A stretch of DNA of 64,000 nt from Promethearchaeota archaeon (GCA_019057795.1 JAHLWS010000068.1:1-64000); one strand, 5' to 3'; positions 38,026 through 49,422 are shown, counted from the stretch's first letter. Notes: a model not told the origin generated them from the letters alone. Program-made: numbers and translations.

Positions 38026-40449
38026 TTGTTCGAGCTAAAGATATTTAACTTGCGAGAAATTCAGAAAGAAGCGATTCAGAGAGGGTTATTTTTTCGCAAG
38101 TCCTTTTTAGTGTGTGCTCCCTCTGGAAGCGGTAAGACCTTAATAGGAGAAGTGTGTGCTGTTAACAACGTGTTTCAAAAGTTCGGTAAATCCATATATC
38201 TCGTGCCGTATAAAGCTTTAGCCACCGAGAAATACGTTCACTTTAAAAAAAGCTACAAGCGTTTTGGGGTTAAAACCGAGCTGTCCATCGGCGATTACGA
38301 CGTGGATGACGACAAGTTAGAACAAGCGGACATAGTGGTAACCACGTACGAAAAAATGGATTCAATTCTAAGAAATTTTTACGACAAAGAATGGATTTTC
38401 GATATATCTACCATAATTATAGACGAAATACACATAGTCGGTGAGTCCGATCGTGGCCCTCGTTTAGAATCTCTAATAGTAAGATTGAACGAGTTTTTAC
38501 ACAACCCGCAAATTATAGGGCTTTCGGCAACCATCGCGAACCCCGAATTTTTTAACGATTGGCTCACATCTTTAGGAAACCAAACTACTCTTATCATCTC
38601 GGACGACCGACCTGTGCCTCTCCACTATAGAATTGAAGTGACTCAGAACAAAGATTCTACCCTTAAGAAAATAATTAAGGCCACTCTAAACGATGGCGGT
38701 CAAGCGTTGATTTTTCTAAACAGAAGAAAATCGACTCAAATGACGGCTCAAAACTTAAAAAACTTAGTTAAAGCGCTCATCTCCGAAAAAGAGCTGAAAG
38801 CGTGCAAAAAAATAGGCGACAAACTCAACAAAATTAAAGGAAGGCACAGCGAGTTAAAGAAAGTAGTAAAATGTGGGGTTGCGTTCCATCACGCGGGATT
38901 GCTTCCCAAAGAAAGAAAGTTCGTCGAGGACGCTTATCGGAAACACGCCTTAAAAGTTATCTGCTGTACCACTACATTAAGTGCGGGCATAAACGTCCCT
39001 GCTCGAGTAGTGGTATTAAAAGACTTCAAAAAATACGTCACTTCAGGGCACAACATAAAGAATTTTAAAGGATTTTACGAAAACGGAGACGGATTTTCTT
39101 ACTTTAAAGCGTTTTCCGCTAACGAGGTGTTTCAGATGCTTGGTCGCGCAGGTAGACCCGGTTTAGACGAAGTTGGGTACGGTATCGTGCTAGTAAAGGG
39201 TGTTGAGGAGCGGGATTGGGTAGAAGATCACTACTTTCAAAATTCTTTTCCGTCTAAAACTTATTTACCGAAATACAACGATTTGGTTTCTGGGTTAAAC
39301 AGAATAAACACCTTAAAAGAGCAAGTTCTACTGCGCGTGTACGAAGAGAAGCGCATAACGCTCGAAAAATTAAAAGAATTCTTTCAGAAAACTTACTTTT
39401 GGTACGGCGTAAAAAACAAGATGAAAACACAAGACATTCCCATCGACCAAATCCTAATGATTAAAGAAATCACTCCGAAAAACATTTTAAAGCTTCATTC
39501 CGACCCTCAAAAAGTAAAAAAACTGACTAACAACCACCATCAAATAAAAATTACTAAGCTTAACAGTTCAACGATTTCGGGTTATATCAAGACCGATTTT
39601 GGCGTGTTTCTTTGCGAGTTCGACGTGGACCTCGGTATCAGGTGCTCTTGTGGTTTTGAAAACGGTATATCCGATAACTACGCAAACGACCAGTTTTCCT
39701 TCGAGTTTTGCGACCACATCACCGCCTTTTTGCTTCATCTAATAGAAATACCGGACAAGAACTTCCAAAAATACGTGAACGACATTGTACCAAAATCCGT
39801 TAAGAACCAATACATCCTCAATTATCTCTTCGAGAAAGGATTGATTTTAAAGCGCGAGGATGGTACTATTAAATGCTCGCAGTTTGGTAAGCTTATAATT
39901 CGGCTTTACCTATACCCCGTCTCTGGAGTGTTGATAAGGTACAAGCTGGAAAAAGTCGAAATAGAGACTGTTAAAGACGTCGTAAAAGCAGCTTACGAAG
40001 TTCTGAAAGCAGAAGGGAGAACGAGGAACTACAAGTTGCTCCAACCGGTATTAGAGTGGTGCGACGAGGAACCGTTAGACGATATTTTAGAAAGACACAA
40101 AATTATGGCGGGCGACCTTTACAGTACCAGAGACAACCTCGAGAGGATTATTACTTTTATAGGAATTATTGCTATGCACTTGGCTGAGTCCGACTTCGAC
40201 TTGCAAGACAAGTTGATAAACATAACCGAGATGGCGGAAACGCTAAGAATTAGGATGCATTACGGAATAAGAGAGGAATTGTTCGACTTAGTGCTAAGGT
40301 TAGACAACGTGGCGAGGGTTCGAGCGCGGATGTTGTATAACGCGGGTTATCACACGGTAGCGCAGGTCAGGAAAGAAAACCCCTACGTATTAAATCGAAA
40401 AACCGGGTTAGGGATTAACCTGTGTAAAAAAATAATTGGAAAAAATTGA
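38026..40449 (+). CDS. Hel308/Ski2-like SF2 helicase with SWIM zinc-finger insertion (start possibly ATT at 37927)
   Basis: APSGSGKT, DEIH, SAT, FHHAGL, QMLGRAGR; CSC..CDH insert; C-terminal HhH. Confidence 0.9.
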   Translation: MFELKIFNLREIQKEAIQRGLFFRKSFLVCAPSGSGKTLIGEVCAVNNVFQKFGKSIYLVPYKALATEKYVHFKKSYKRFGVKTELSIGDYDVDDDKLEQADIVVTTYEKMDSILRNFYDKEWIFDISTIIIDEIHIVGESDRGPRLESLIVRLNEFLHNPQIIGLSATIANPEFFNDWLTSLGNQTTLIISDDRPVPLHYRIEVTQNKDSTLKKIIKATLNDGGQALIFLNRRKSTQMTAQNLKNLVKALISEKELKACKKIGDKLNKIKGRHSELKKVVKCGVAFHHAGLLPKERKFVEDAYRKHALKVICCTTTLSAGINVPARVVVLKDFKKYVTSGHNIKNFKGFYENGDGFSYFKAFSANEVFQMLGRAGRPGLDEVGYGIVLVKGVEERDWVEDHYFQNSFPSKTYLPKYNDLVSGLNRINTLKEQVLLRVYEEKRITLEKLKEFFQKTYFWYGVKNKMKTQDIPIDQILMIKEITPKNILKLHSDPQKVKKLTNNHHQIKITKLNSSTISGYIKTDFGVFLCEFDVDLGIRCSCGFENGISDNYANDQFSFEFCDHITAFLLHLIEIPDKNFQKYVNDIVPKSVKNQYILNYLFEKGLILKREDGTIKCSQFGKLIIRLYLYPVSGVLIRYKLEKVEIETVKDVVKAAYEVLKAEGRTRNYKLLQPVLEWCDEEPLDDILERHKIMAGDLYSTRDNLERIITFIGIIAMHLAESDFDLQDKLINITEMAETLRIRMHYGIREELFDLVLRLDNVARVRARMLYNAGYHTVAQVRKENPYVLNRKTGLGINLCKKIIGKN

Positions 40450-40634
40450 AATTAGAATAGATTTCAAGCTCAACTACCATCGAAACAATAGCTTAATCTT
40501 AGGGAAGAAATAAGTTAAGTTTATTAATTAAAACGATTCTTTATAGCCTTGGTTTCTATTTTTTGACCTTTTTCCTTTTCAATTGCTCAGGGTTATTTAT
40601 TATTCATAATTTTTTTGCTTCTAAATTTAAAACT

Positions 40635-42317
40635 TTAGCTAAAATCAAATTCAAAATAGGGAGGAAAAACAAATAATCTAATTTTGATTAAGTTGCTACC
40701 TGATGTTTTAGAATAACCGCTAAGCATTCCTTGGATTTTTAACATTAAATTAGTATCAATTTCTGATTTCAATACAATTGGTGAATGAGATTCAACAATT
40801 TTATCTATTGACGAATGTTCAATTTTGTCGGATGAGAAAGATTGATTATAATCATATACAATATCCAAATTAATCCTTTGTGTTATTTTAAATTCTTCAT
40901 TACTAATTTCCATATCAATTGATTTATCGTACACATTCTTTATAGAGCTATGTTTTTGGTTCAGTTCCTCGATAATAGGGAATAATTCGCTATGTTTTTC
41001 GTAATTATTTTTTTGGAATTTATTTATTTCTTCAAATGATGCAGTCATAGCGATGTCCTTGAAAGGGTAATTAACTTTTAAGGTTTGGAAACATTTATTG
41101 CGCTTATAAAACTTAACTTTATCAGATTTAATGATGCTAAATAATATTCTTTCTATCAGAAGGCAAAAACAATTCATATCTTCGTGAAATTTTTTATCAT
41201 TTGGATCAGGAAGGATGCCATTATGAAAGAAATTATTTCTATGTTCATAGAATTTATCAATAATATTGTAAATATCTTTTAAATTTGATCTTGATATCTC
41301 CAGATCCTTATGATTTGGTAATAATGCCTTATCGGCAAACAACTTAACCTTCTTCCTTATTGATATATGGTTATTTAATTTGTCTTTAACTTGGTCAACA
41401 AAATCGTCTTTAAGATCTTCTATACAAACTAATTCGCTTCTAGGTATTTTTTGTACAAATGATTTTAGGTTTTTTTTTAATTCTCCTAATTGCTTTCTAG
41501 TAAATAATTTCAAATTATAATTATGTATCTGCTTGAAATATAAAGTAGATAAAACTTCAAGGCAAATCCAATAATCAGATATTTTGCGAATTATCTGCGT
41601 TGCAGTCTTACCTTCTTTATATAAAAACCAGCATAAGAAGAAATTATAATAGAAATCATTGATATTGCGTATATCTTTCACATTATTAAAAGATTCATTT
41701 AGAAATGATTGTAAATTTCCTGTATGAATACGTTTTCCAAAAATAAACGGATCTGTGGTTTTAAGTTCTCTCTTTATTATATAATCATAGATTCTTACAA
41801 CTCGATATTCATTCTCAACCAGTTCCAAAATATTGACAGTTTCGAGCTTTAAATGATTTGTAAATATTAATCCAATTAGAGAGATAAAAAAATCGTAAAT
41901 CTTAGGAATTATGTCTGAGACGTTATTGATATCAGAGTTAAATTGAATATCTTTTTTTAATTGAACATAGATTTCAGATTTATTATTCCATTCACAGGTT
42001 ATATCTGGGATGTTGGTATTATCTTTACATAGTTCTAAAAGTTCGTCTAATTTTTGTTTATAATCTGATGGAATTATGAATAAAAGGTCTGTTTCTATAA
42101 TATACGATATGTCTAAACCAGAATATTTGAGACACATAAAGTATTTCTTATTTCCTTTTGTCATACTCATCCCTACTCTAACGCGAGTAGTTTCCCTTTT
42201 CGTTATTTTTGTCTTTGTTTTTACTTTTACTTTTTGGGCTTTACAATTTTCATTAAAAGAAACAAAGTGTAAAGATCCAAAAATTCTATCGCTCCTGGCA
42301 TAATCACCACAAATCAA
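40635..42317 (-). CDS. ApeA-like HEPN domain protein (true start probably near 42170)
   Basis: YWICLEVL and RNNFFHNG (RxxxxH). Confidence 0.7.
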   Translation of the reverse strand: MICGDYARSDRIFGSLHFVSFNENCKAQKVKVKTKTKITKRETTRVRVGMSMTKGNKKYFMCLKYSGLDISYIIETDLLFIIPSDYKQKLDELLELCKDNTNIPDITCEWNNKSEIYVQLKKDIQFNSDINNVSDIIPKIYDFFISLIGLIFTNHLKLETVNILELVENEYRVVRIYDYIIKRELKTTDPFIFGKRIHTGNLQSFLNESFNNVKDIRNINDFYYNFFLCWFLYKEGKTATQIIRKISDYWICLEVLSTLYFKQIHNYNLKLFTRKQLGELKKNLKSFVQKIPRSELVCIEDLKDDFVDQVKDKLNNHISIRKKVKLFADKALLPNHKDLEISRSNLKDIYNIIDKFYEHRNNFFHNGILPDPNDKKFHEDMNCFCLLIERILFSIIKSDKVKFYKRNKCFQTLKVNYPFKDIAMTASFEEINKFQKNNYEKHSELFPIIEELNQKHSSIKNVYDKSIDMEISNEEFKITQRINLDIVYDYNQSFSSDKIEHSSIDKIVESHSPIVLKSEIDTNLMLKIQGMLSGYSKTSGSNLIKIRLFVFPPYFEFDFS

Positions 42318-42473
42318 TTTACCTATTTAAATCATTGTTCGGGATTAGTAATAATTGTTTATTTTTGGTATTTTTTTTTATTTTTTAATAATTTTATAAG
42401 TTTTGAATCTTCCAGCAACCTAAAACTATTAAAATTTTTCCTTTTTAAATTCTTAATCTAAGATCTTTCTATA

Positions 42474-42758
42474 ATGGACTCTAAGACTAAAGACGATCCG
42501 TCTGATCCGTTTGACCTGAACTTCAAAAGAAAAGTTAGGATAAAGGATTTTTTAGTCTTCAAAGAATCGAAGGACGACCAAGATAACTACGTAATCAAAC
42601 GATTCGAAAAAACAAAAGAGCAGAACCTTGAAGTTTTACAATTCATCCAGAAAATGATTAGGAGCAATCCGGACATGAACTCGAGTCAAGTAAAAATTTA
42701 TTTAAAGCACCAACGTTTCTTTATAAAACTATATTTGAAAGAAATCAACAAAGAATAA
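42474..42758 (+). CDS. Hypothetical protein
   Basis: 94-aa ORF with codon usage like its neighbour. Confidence 0.6.
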   Translation: MDSKTKDDPSDPFDLNFKRKVRIKDFLVFKESKDDQDNYVIKRFEKTKEQNLEVLQFIQKMIRSNPDMNSSQVKIYLKHQRFFIKLYLKEINKE

Positions 42759-42839
42759 TAATGATATATAATTTTTTTTTAAATACATGTGCGATTTTTT
42801 GGTAGTAAAAAAACATAAATCGTAAAAAAGCAGATTAAA

Positions 42840-43871
42840 ATGAGTTCACAAGCAGAAAAGAAAGAAAATCGCGAACCGCTCATAGTAGAGGTTTTGGAGT
42901 ACGACAACCTAGAAATTATTATTTCGAAAATAGTAGTCCCTTTTTCTAATTTTGAGAAAACCTCAAACGCTCCCGACTTATATTCTGGTAGCGAAAAAAT
43001 ACCTTTCCAAGCGCGCGACCCGCTATATAAAAGTGCGATGAGTCTTTCGATTTTCCAGAAACAAAAAGAAAACCTCAACGATAGTTTCAAAAGGGAATTT
43101 GCCGAGCTTAAAAAGGTAAAAGCCAAAAAGCTCGATCAGAACATCGCCACGCCAGAGTTTGACCGAAAAAGGTTTACCGTTCTATTATCGTTACAACTTA
43201 GAATCTTTTCCGAGGATTTTAACAATCTAATACCCAACTCTGAGAATTTTACAACCGATTTAGAAGGAAAGTGGCTCGATTTATTAGAAGTTTTTAAGGA
43301 CTTTTGCAACCGCGTTTTCAACGGTAGAGGGTACTTAAAAGCAGAAAAGAGCTTCCGAAACCTGCAAAGTGAGATCGCTTCTGATTACGCTTATAGTACG
43401 GATAGACTCGAACAAGCTCGTAAAAGAATAGTTCAACACAACCAATTGGTAGAGGAACTATTTAACGGAAAGGAAGACGAAATGAAAGTCAATTTCGACC
43501 AAATACAAAGAGGAACGCACTTATATTTTGTTACTTCAAAGGGTAAAAGCAGTTTCAATTTTAGACAAAGTTCGGATTATTTCAACATTGGAAGAAGTAA
43601 AAGAGGGGAAAAGTGGGAAGATGTAGACCTCTCCTCAGTAGACAGTTTTCGAACCTACGACCTTTCTGAGACTCAAGAAGTTCCAGAAAACCCCATCTAC
43701 AGAGTTAAAGAGGTTAAACCTAACGAGATCGTGCTTATCGACACGGACACGAAAGAGACCGTAAAAATCTTAGCGAACAGAAAGTACTCCCCTCAGGTTA
43801 TTTACTTTCACCACCAATACAAGCCACAAGTTAAAACTTACAAGAAAACCGACCTAAAAGAGTTTTTTTAA
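42840..43871 (+). CDS. Hypothetical protein
   Basis: 343-aa ORF, no recognised motif. Confidence 0.75.
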   Translation: MSSQAEKKENREPLIVEVLEYDNLEIIISKIVVPFSNFEKTSNAPDLYSGSEKIPFQARDPLYKSAMSLSIFQKQKENLNDSFKREFAELKKVKAKKLDQNIATPEFDRKRFTVLLSLQLRIFSEDFNNLIPNSENFTTDLEGKWLDLLEVFKDFCNRVFNGRGYLKAEKSFRNLQSEIASDYAYSTDRLEQARKRIVQHNQLVEELFNGKEDEMKVNFDQIQRGTHLYFVTSKGKSSFNFRQSSDYFNIGRSKRGEKWEDVDLSSVDSFRTYDLSETQEVPENPIYRVKEVKPNEIVLIDTDTKETVKILANRKYSPQVIYFHHQYKPQVKTYKKTDLKEFF

Positions 43872-44030
43872 CCTTTTTTAACAAAAGTTTACAGTTTTCT
43901 TATCCTCACCGTATTTAAACAAAAAAAAGAGATAGGGTATAATTAGTTTGCTAATTATATAAAAGTTGAAATCACTTGTTTCTTTTAATAATAAATAAAT
44001 CTTATTATTTGATTCGTATAATTTATTATT

Positions 44031-46628
44031 ATGTTAATTTGCATAAGTAACTTAATTGAAACTGAAAGAGATTCAGAAGAGATTTCGCTGCTTCCAAGCC
44101 CTCTCTATTATAAGCTAATTAATTCTCAACTTTTACAATTCAGCGGAAAATCTTTAATTTTAACTGATATACCTAAAGAAAATTGGTTTGTTTTAGATCA
44201 GTTTATAGATCATTTTCAGCATTATGAAAAAGAATTTGAATTAGATATACAGTACGACATGAATCATTTGAATACAGCAGAGAACGATAAAGTGATTTCG
44301 AGTTTGTGTAAAAATTATTTCCCACAACTAGATTTAAATAGTATTAAAACAAACCAAAACGCAATCGAACAAGGATACTTTCTTTTTTCTAAAAATTCGA
44401 CAGTACATTTAAAAGCAGATTCTCTTCAAGGATTTTTCTATGGGATTCAAACTTTAATTCAACTGATGAATTCGACTTCGACTAAGAAATTGATAAGTCA
44501 AGTAGCCATTATTGATTACCCCCTATTAACAATTAGAGGAGTGTCGGATGATATTTCGAGAGGTCAAGCAGCAACGGTAGAAAATCTCAAGAAGTTTATC
44601 AAAGTACTGAGTCATTTCAAAATAAACCATTATTATTTAGTTTATATGCAGGATATGTTTAAATTTGAAAAATATCCTGATATTGGCAAAGGCAGAGGAG
44701 CTTATTCTAAAGCAGAAATAAAAGATTTATTCGCTTATGCGAAAAAACATTTTGTAGAATTAATACCTATTTTTCAAACGATTGGTCACTGGGACAACAT
44801 TCTTCACAATGAAAAATATTGGCAATATGGGGAATTTCCAGGCTCAAATAGTTTGAACATCGCAAACGACAAAATCTATGAGATATTAGATTGTATGATA
44901 AGGGATTTAAGTGAAGTGTTCAAATCGGAATACTTCCATATAGGCGCAGATGAAAGTTGGGATGTAGGGAAAGGAGCTTCAAAAGAATATGTAGACAAGA
45001 GAGGAATTGGTAATGCGTACTTAAAACATTACAAAAAGATTTACGAAATCGTTAAAAGTCATGGATATAAAAAAATCATTATATACCATGATATCCTCTA
45101 CAAATATCGAGAAGTTTTAGAAGGTTTACCCAAGGATACGATTGTAATGTATTGGAAATATAATACCAAAGAAAACCATCCAATTTTAAAAAAAATAAAA
45201 GAATTTAAATTTCCCATAATTGTTAGCCCTTCTATTAAAGATTACAATCGATTGTTTCCATCGTTCACCCGCTCTGAAAAAAACATATCAAACCTAATTA
45301 AAAACGGTTATGAAAACGGAGCTATAGGAGAAATAAGTTCGAGTTGGGGAGATTATAGAAACAAAGAAATCAGAGAAAATAGAATTTACGGATTTATTTA
45401 CTCTTCTCAAGTAGGCTGGAATCCAATAAAGGATGTAAATCCAATTAAATTTTGGAAAAGTCTTTTACTTCATTTTTATGGAATTAACGATCTTAGGTTA
45501 TTTAAAATTATAAGAGCCTTAAGAGCTGTTGAAGATAAAAAGCGTTTACATACAAGACCTACTTTTTATTATAATCACTTTTTCAGCCACCCATATAACA
45601 AAAAAAGTTCGTTATATAGAAAAAATCTAAAGACTTCTAAATTTGATTCTTTAATCAAAAATATGGATGAAATCATTGTCATATGTAAGGATTTAGAGAA
45701 AACTGTGCCAAAGAACAAGGAAAACATTAGAGTCCTAGCCTTCATTGCGAAGCATATTAAATTTTACTGCAATAAGAGAATTAACTCTAAAAAATTAGTT
45801 GATTTTCGGCCTAAAAGGGTAAAAGACGAATATTTATTACTCGTAATAAAAGAAATCGAGGCTTTAAAAAGGGAGTTAAACGAACTCCTAAAGGAATACG
45901 AAATCTTGTGGTTGAGCGTTGCAAAAGAAGATGGTTTTGAATCAATAAAGAGGAAATATTTGTGGTTACTGAAATTTTACGATGAAAAAGTCGAAGAAAC
46001 TCAAAACAGAAGCAAATGGCGGGACCCAAATATTCCTAGTGAATTAATTTACCTAGATGCTAAGAAAAAGCACCAAATTCACACTACTTACTTTAAAAAA
46101 ACGATTGAAATCGACGAAGAAATTGAAAGTGCTTACTTACAAGTAATTGGAGGGACTTTTGCAAAAATCAGCCTAAATAAGAATCATATCGGCCATGTAA
46201 TAACTAAACATTCGTTAAATTATGTAGTTTTAGAAAATAATATTCAAATATTTGATATTAAAAAGTATCTAAAACATGGTGAAAATCAAATCATTATCGA
46301 AAATAAGGATTATAGCGGAGGAATTGGACCAATTAACATATATGGCGAAATTAAACTAAAATCAGGTCAGACAAGTCTAATTAAATCTGATAAGACATGG
46401 TTAGGGGCAAGAAATCACGATGGTCCATGGAAAATTGTTAAAAGTTTTGGTAGCCCTCCTAAAGTTACTGGAGGATTATGTTATCCCGATTTTGAGCACA
46501 ATATTCATTCATTAGAAGGCGATATGATGACTGTTTTTAACGCTTTAATTGGTCGGATTCCAAGAAAGTTATATTGGGTTTTAAAAATAGTTATAAAGCT
46601 ATTTCACCGTTACGACATTCTAGAATGA
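44031..46628 (+). CDS. GH20 beta-N-acetylhexosaminidase-like protein with C-terminal sugar-binding-like domain
   Basis: [32 protein letters not shown]. Confidence 0.9.
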   Translation: MLICISNLIETERDSEEISLLPSPLYYKLINSQLLQFSGKSLILTDIPKENWFVLDQFIDHFQHYEKEFELDIQYDMNHLNTAENDKVISSLCKNYFPQLDLNSIKTNQNAIEQGYFLFSKNSTVHLKADSLQGFFYGIQTLIQLMNSTSTKKLISQVAIIDYPLLTIRGVSDDISRGQAATVENLKKFIKVLSHFKINHYYLVYMQDMFKFEKYPDIGKGRGAYSKAEIKDLFAYAKKHFVELIPIFQTIGHWDNILHNEKYWQYGEFPGSNSLNIANDKIYEILDCMIRDLSEVFKSEYFHIGADESWDVGKGASKEYVDKRGIGNAYLKHYKKIYEIVKSHGYKKIIIYHDILYKYREVLEGLPKDTIVMYWKYNTKENHPILKKIKEFKFPIIVSPSIKDYNRLFPSFTRSEKNISNLIKNGYENGAIGEISSSWGDYRNKEIRENRIYGFIYSSQVGWNPIKDVNPIKFWKSLLLHFYGINDLRLFKIIRALRAVEDKKRLHTRPTFYYNHFFSHPYNKKSSLYRKNLKTSKFDSLIKNMDEIIVICKDLEKTVPKNKENIRVLAFIAKHIKFYCNKRINSKKLVDFRPKRVKDEYLLLVIKEIEALKRELNELLKEYEILWLSVAKEDGFESIKRKYLWLLKFYDEKVEETQNRSKWRDPNIPSELIYLDAKKKHQIHTTYFKKTIEIDEEIESAYLQVIGGTFAKISLNKNHIGHVITKHSLNYVVLENNIQIFDIKKYLKHGENQIIIENKDYSGGIGPINIYGEIKLKSGQTSLIKSDKTWLGARNHDGPWKIVKSFGSPPKVTGGLCYPDFEHNIHSLEGDMMTVFNALIGRIPRKLYWVLKIVIKLFHRYDILE

Positions 46629-46683
46629 ATATTAAGATGATAAAATTAAAAAAAAAAAAAAAAATAAATAAGTTGCTCAATTA

Positions 46684-47976
46684 TCAATCTTTTTCTCTTA
46701 TTACAATTGGTTCAGGATTGTAAAGAATTTCTTGTATTTTAAGCCTATCTCCTGCGTCCGCTCTTCCTTTCGAAAGAATTGCAATTGTCAACCATTCAAA
46801 GGACCCCTTGAACTCTACTTTTTCCCACAGTTTTACTATTATATACCAAAAGAGAACAACAATAGCAAGAAGTAGCAAAAGTTGGTAACCGTTTAGTTTT
46901 CCATCTAAAGCACCCCACCCGGTTACGGCATCGAAAATCAATACAGGGAAGATAGTAAGCCATTGAAAACTCCAAATTGTCAATAACAACATGTTGAATC
47001 GTCTAAAGAAGATAGTTTTCTTTCCAAACTTTTCTGCTTTTCCCCTATAATCTACTAAATGAAGAATTAAAGTACCAATGGCTATCTCTCCAGCTGCTAC
47101 AAAACTAAACAAGAATAAACTATCGCCTTCTAAATCAAAACCAAGTATTAACCCTGAAATAATCGCAGTTATGAAAAGGAACAAAGCGCTCAAATAAGAC
47201 CATTTTAAAAAATTCTTTGTTATTCTTCCCTCGCCTATATAAGAGCCCGCAATCAAACCAAAAAGTGAAATCGAGAGAAAAGGGATAAGAGGAGTAAATC
47301 TATTTATAAACGGTACAATTAAGATATAGGTGAAATTAGTCCAAAAATCGCGATTAATCCAATTGTTCCAAGGACTCCTGAAATCTACCATGTAGGCATT
47401 CCCTAATTCAGTTACTAAGGGGCGTAAAAGCAAAATGATAATTAAGAGAGTAAGAGAAAGGATTAGAATCTTCTTAGTAGACCATCCTTTATACAAACAA
47501 TAAGCGTAAATTCCACTGATAATTATGGTGGCAATACCTACAGTTTGCAAAACATTGATTCGAAATAATTCATTCCCCAGATTCAACCAAACATCGCTTT
47601 CACCTAAGATTACATCTAATAGCAAGCCATTAAGCAACCCTTCTGATATAAAGCCAAAAACCCAAATTATAAAGCCCCGTATCGCTTGATTTTTAAATAC
47701 TTTTAAGGCTGCCGGTTTTTTCTCCATTATCTCGATATTCTTATTCCACTGTCTTCTAGTTGAAATTGTATTGCCAATGGCAGACATTAAGATAAAAAGA
47801 CCATCGAAATATCCTAAGTAAACCAGAACTACGCCTAAAAGCAATATTAATATGTGAGCATCTCCAGCTATGATCTTGTCAATTTCATCAGAAAACGCAA
47901 CATTTAGAACATGAAAGCATACAACTCCCAAAATACCAACGCCTTTGATAAAGTCGAAACTTATATATCGTTTCAT
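46684..47976 (-). CDS. HGSNAT/DUF1624-like polytopic membrane acyltransferase
   Basis: R..SFDFIKG.GI..V.FH N-terminal motif, NVLQTVG, about 11 TM helices. Confidence 0.7.
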   Translation of the reverse strand: MKRYISFDFIKGVGILGVVCFHVLNVAFSDEIDKIIAGDAHILILLLGVVLVYLGYFDGLFILMSAIGNTISTRRQWNKNIEIMEKKPAALKVFKNQAIRGFIIWVFGFISEGLLNGLLLDVILGESDVWLNLGNELFRINVLQTVGIATIIISGIYAYCLYKGWSTKKILILSLTLLIIILLLRPLVTELGNAYMVDFRSPWNNWINRDFWTNFTYILIVPFINRFTPLIPFLSISLFGLIAGSYIGEGRITKNFLKWSYLSALFLFITAIISGLILGFDLEGDSLFLFSFVAAGEIAIGTLILHLVDYRGKAEKFGKKTIFFRRFNMLLLTIWSFQWLTIFPVLIFDAVTGWGALDGKLNGYQLLLLLAIVVLFWYIIVKLWEKVEFKGSFEWLTIAILSKGRADAGDRLKIQEILYNPEPIVIREKD

Positions 47977-48152
47977 TTTCCATCAATCTTTTTGTGAAAT
48001 TTATTTATTTAAAAATTAAATAACACTTTGCTGTTAAAGTATATAAAATTGAAACATATTTTAGAAAGAATATAATTTTTTAGCCCAAGTTAAGAGAAGT
48101 TCCATTTCATCAAATATTATCACTAATTAAGATCTTCTTCAAATAATATCAA

Positions 48153-49370
48153 TTAAGTATCTTCCCTTAATTTTTTCTCAGTAATATCTTGAGCAATGAC
48201 TTGGATTAAAATCTCTTCATGCAATCGAATTAATGTAGCTGTGTAACAAACCCATATTAATTTTCCTTCCTTATTATAACCTTGAATTTCGCTTTGTTCT
48301 ACATCTTGTCCTTTAATTAATCGCTCGTATACTTTATGAAGAATGGATAAGGTACTTGAAGGTAAAGCCATGAGTTGTAGAAAGTTTTTACCAACCAAAT
48401 CTTCTTTTTTGTACTTAAACAACTTATAAGTAGCATAATTACAATCTATTATAGTACCTCCAAAATTTAAGATTACTACTGCGTTTGGGGAAGTTTGGAA
48501 TAAGTGCCGAAACTTTTTATCCGAATCTTTTAAAGCTAGTATTTTCTCACGATATTTATTTTCTAAATCCTTTTCTAGGTTTTCATATTTTAATATATAT
48601 TCTTGTATTTCTTCATCGAATTTTTTTTGTTCTTCTATTTCTCTAATAACTGAAATAAACCTAAAATTTTCATTCTCCATAAAAACGCCCCCTTTTGCCG
48701 AGACTAAGATGTAATGTCCATCTTTATGGCGAGTTCTGTATTCTGCTGAACGAAGCTCCCCCTTATTTATTGCTTCCTCGAGTTTTTTAATAATTTTGGG
48801 TAAATCTTCTGGATGGATAAAATTAAACGCGTTTAAACCTATCAATTCTTCAGGTTGATAACCAAATAATTTGAAAGTTTGAGGACTACAATAAAGAAAT
48901 GTACCATCTGAATCTATTTCCAAAATTACATCCAAAATATTGTTAATAAGATAACGATATTGGTCCAATGTATTCTTTTTAACTACTCTTTTACGTTTAT
49001 CTTTATCCAAACTAGTTAATTCTGATTCAGAAGCGCTAAGATCGTCTAATTTTTGTGTTTTCTCGTAAAAATTTTTAATTTCGTTCAGTTCTACAGTAAT
49101 TAATGTATGATTTGTATGGACTCTTTCAAACGATTTTATTTGATTTTGATTAGTCGGATCGTTCGGATTAATGGTTATATATTTCTTACATCTAACACAC
49201 GCTCTAACTCTAATTTCCTTCTCATCCCATTGTTGTTGAATAAAATGCAAAAATGATCTTAAACTTATACTATTATTTGTAAAAATTTTAAAATAATTAA
49301 ACTTTATCTGTAACCTCATTTTTTTTGACTTTTCCCACCTTCCTAAGATTTTGACGCACACGCCGAGCAA
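48153..49370 (-). CDS. Double-PAS sensor protein without output domain (start probably downstream of 49370)
   Basis: GYQPEELIG..FIHPED..RHKDG and a second PAS ending QDITEKK; N-terminal CVRC..H..H domain. Confidence 0.85.
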   Translation of the reverse strand: MLGVCVKILGRWEKSKKMRLQIKFNYFKIFTNNSISLRSFLHFIQQQWDEKEIRVRACVRCKKYITINPNDPTNQNQIKSFERVHTNHTLITVELNEIKNFYEKTQKLDDLSASESELTSLDKDKRKRVVKKNTLDQYRYLINNILDVILEIDSDGTFLYCSPQTFKLFGYQPEELIGLNAFNFIHPEDLPKIIKKLEEAINKGELRSAEYRTRHKDGHYILVSAKGGVFMENENFRFISVIREIEEQKKFDEEIQEYILKYENLEKDLENKYREKILALKDSDKKFRHLFQTSPNAVVILNFGGTIIDCNYATYKLFKYKKEDLVGKNFLQLMALPSSTLSILHKVYERLIKGQDVEQSEIQGYNKEGKLIWVCYTATLIRLHEEILIQVIAQDITEKKLREDT

Positions 49371-49422
49371 ATCTGCTGCAAAAGCAGATTTTCCTTAAGC
49401 TTCGTCGTAAAAGGGAGGGAAA
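49331..49422. ncRNA. Candidate structured RNA (nested stem-loop)
   Basis: Nested pairings TTTCCC/GGGAAA, GACG/CGTC and AAATCTGCT/AGCAGATTT in a GC-rich patch. Confidence 0.4.

Noticed and set aside
49331-49422. tRNA, SECIS or c-di-GMP riboswitch
   Set aside because: No cloverleaf, no linked in-frame TGA gene, and only a superficial GCAAA-hairpin resemblance.
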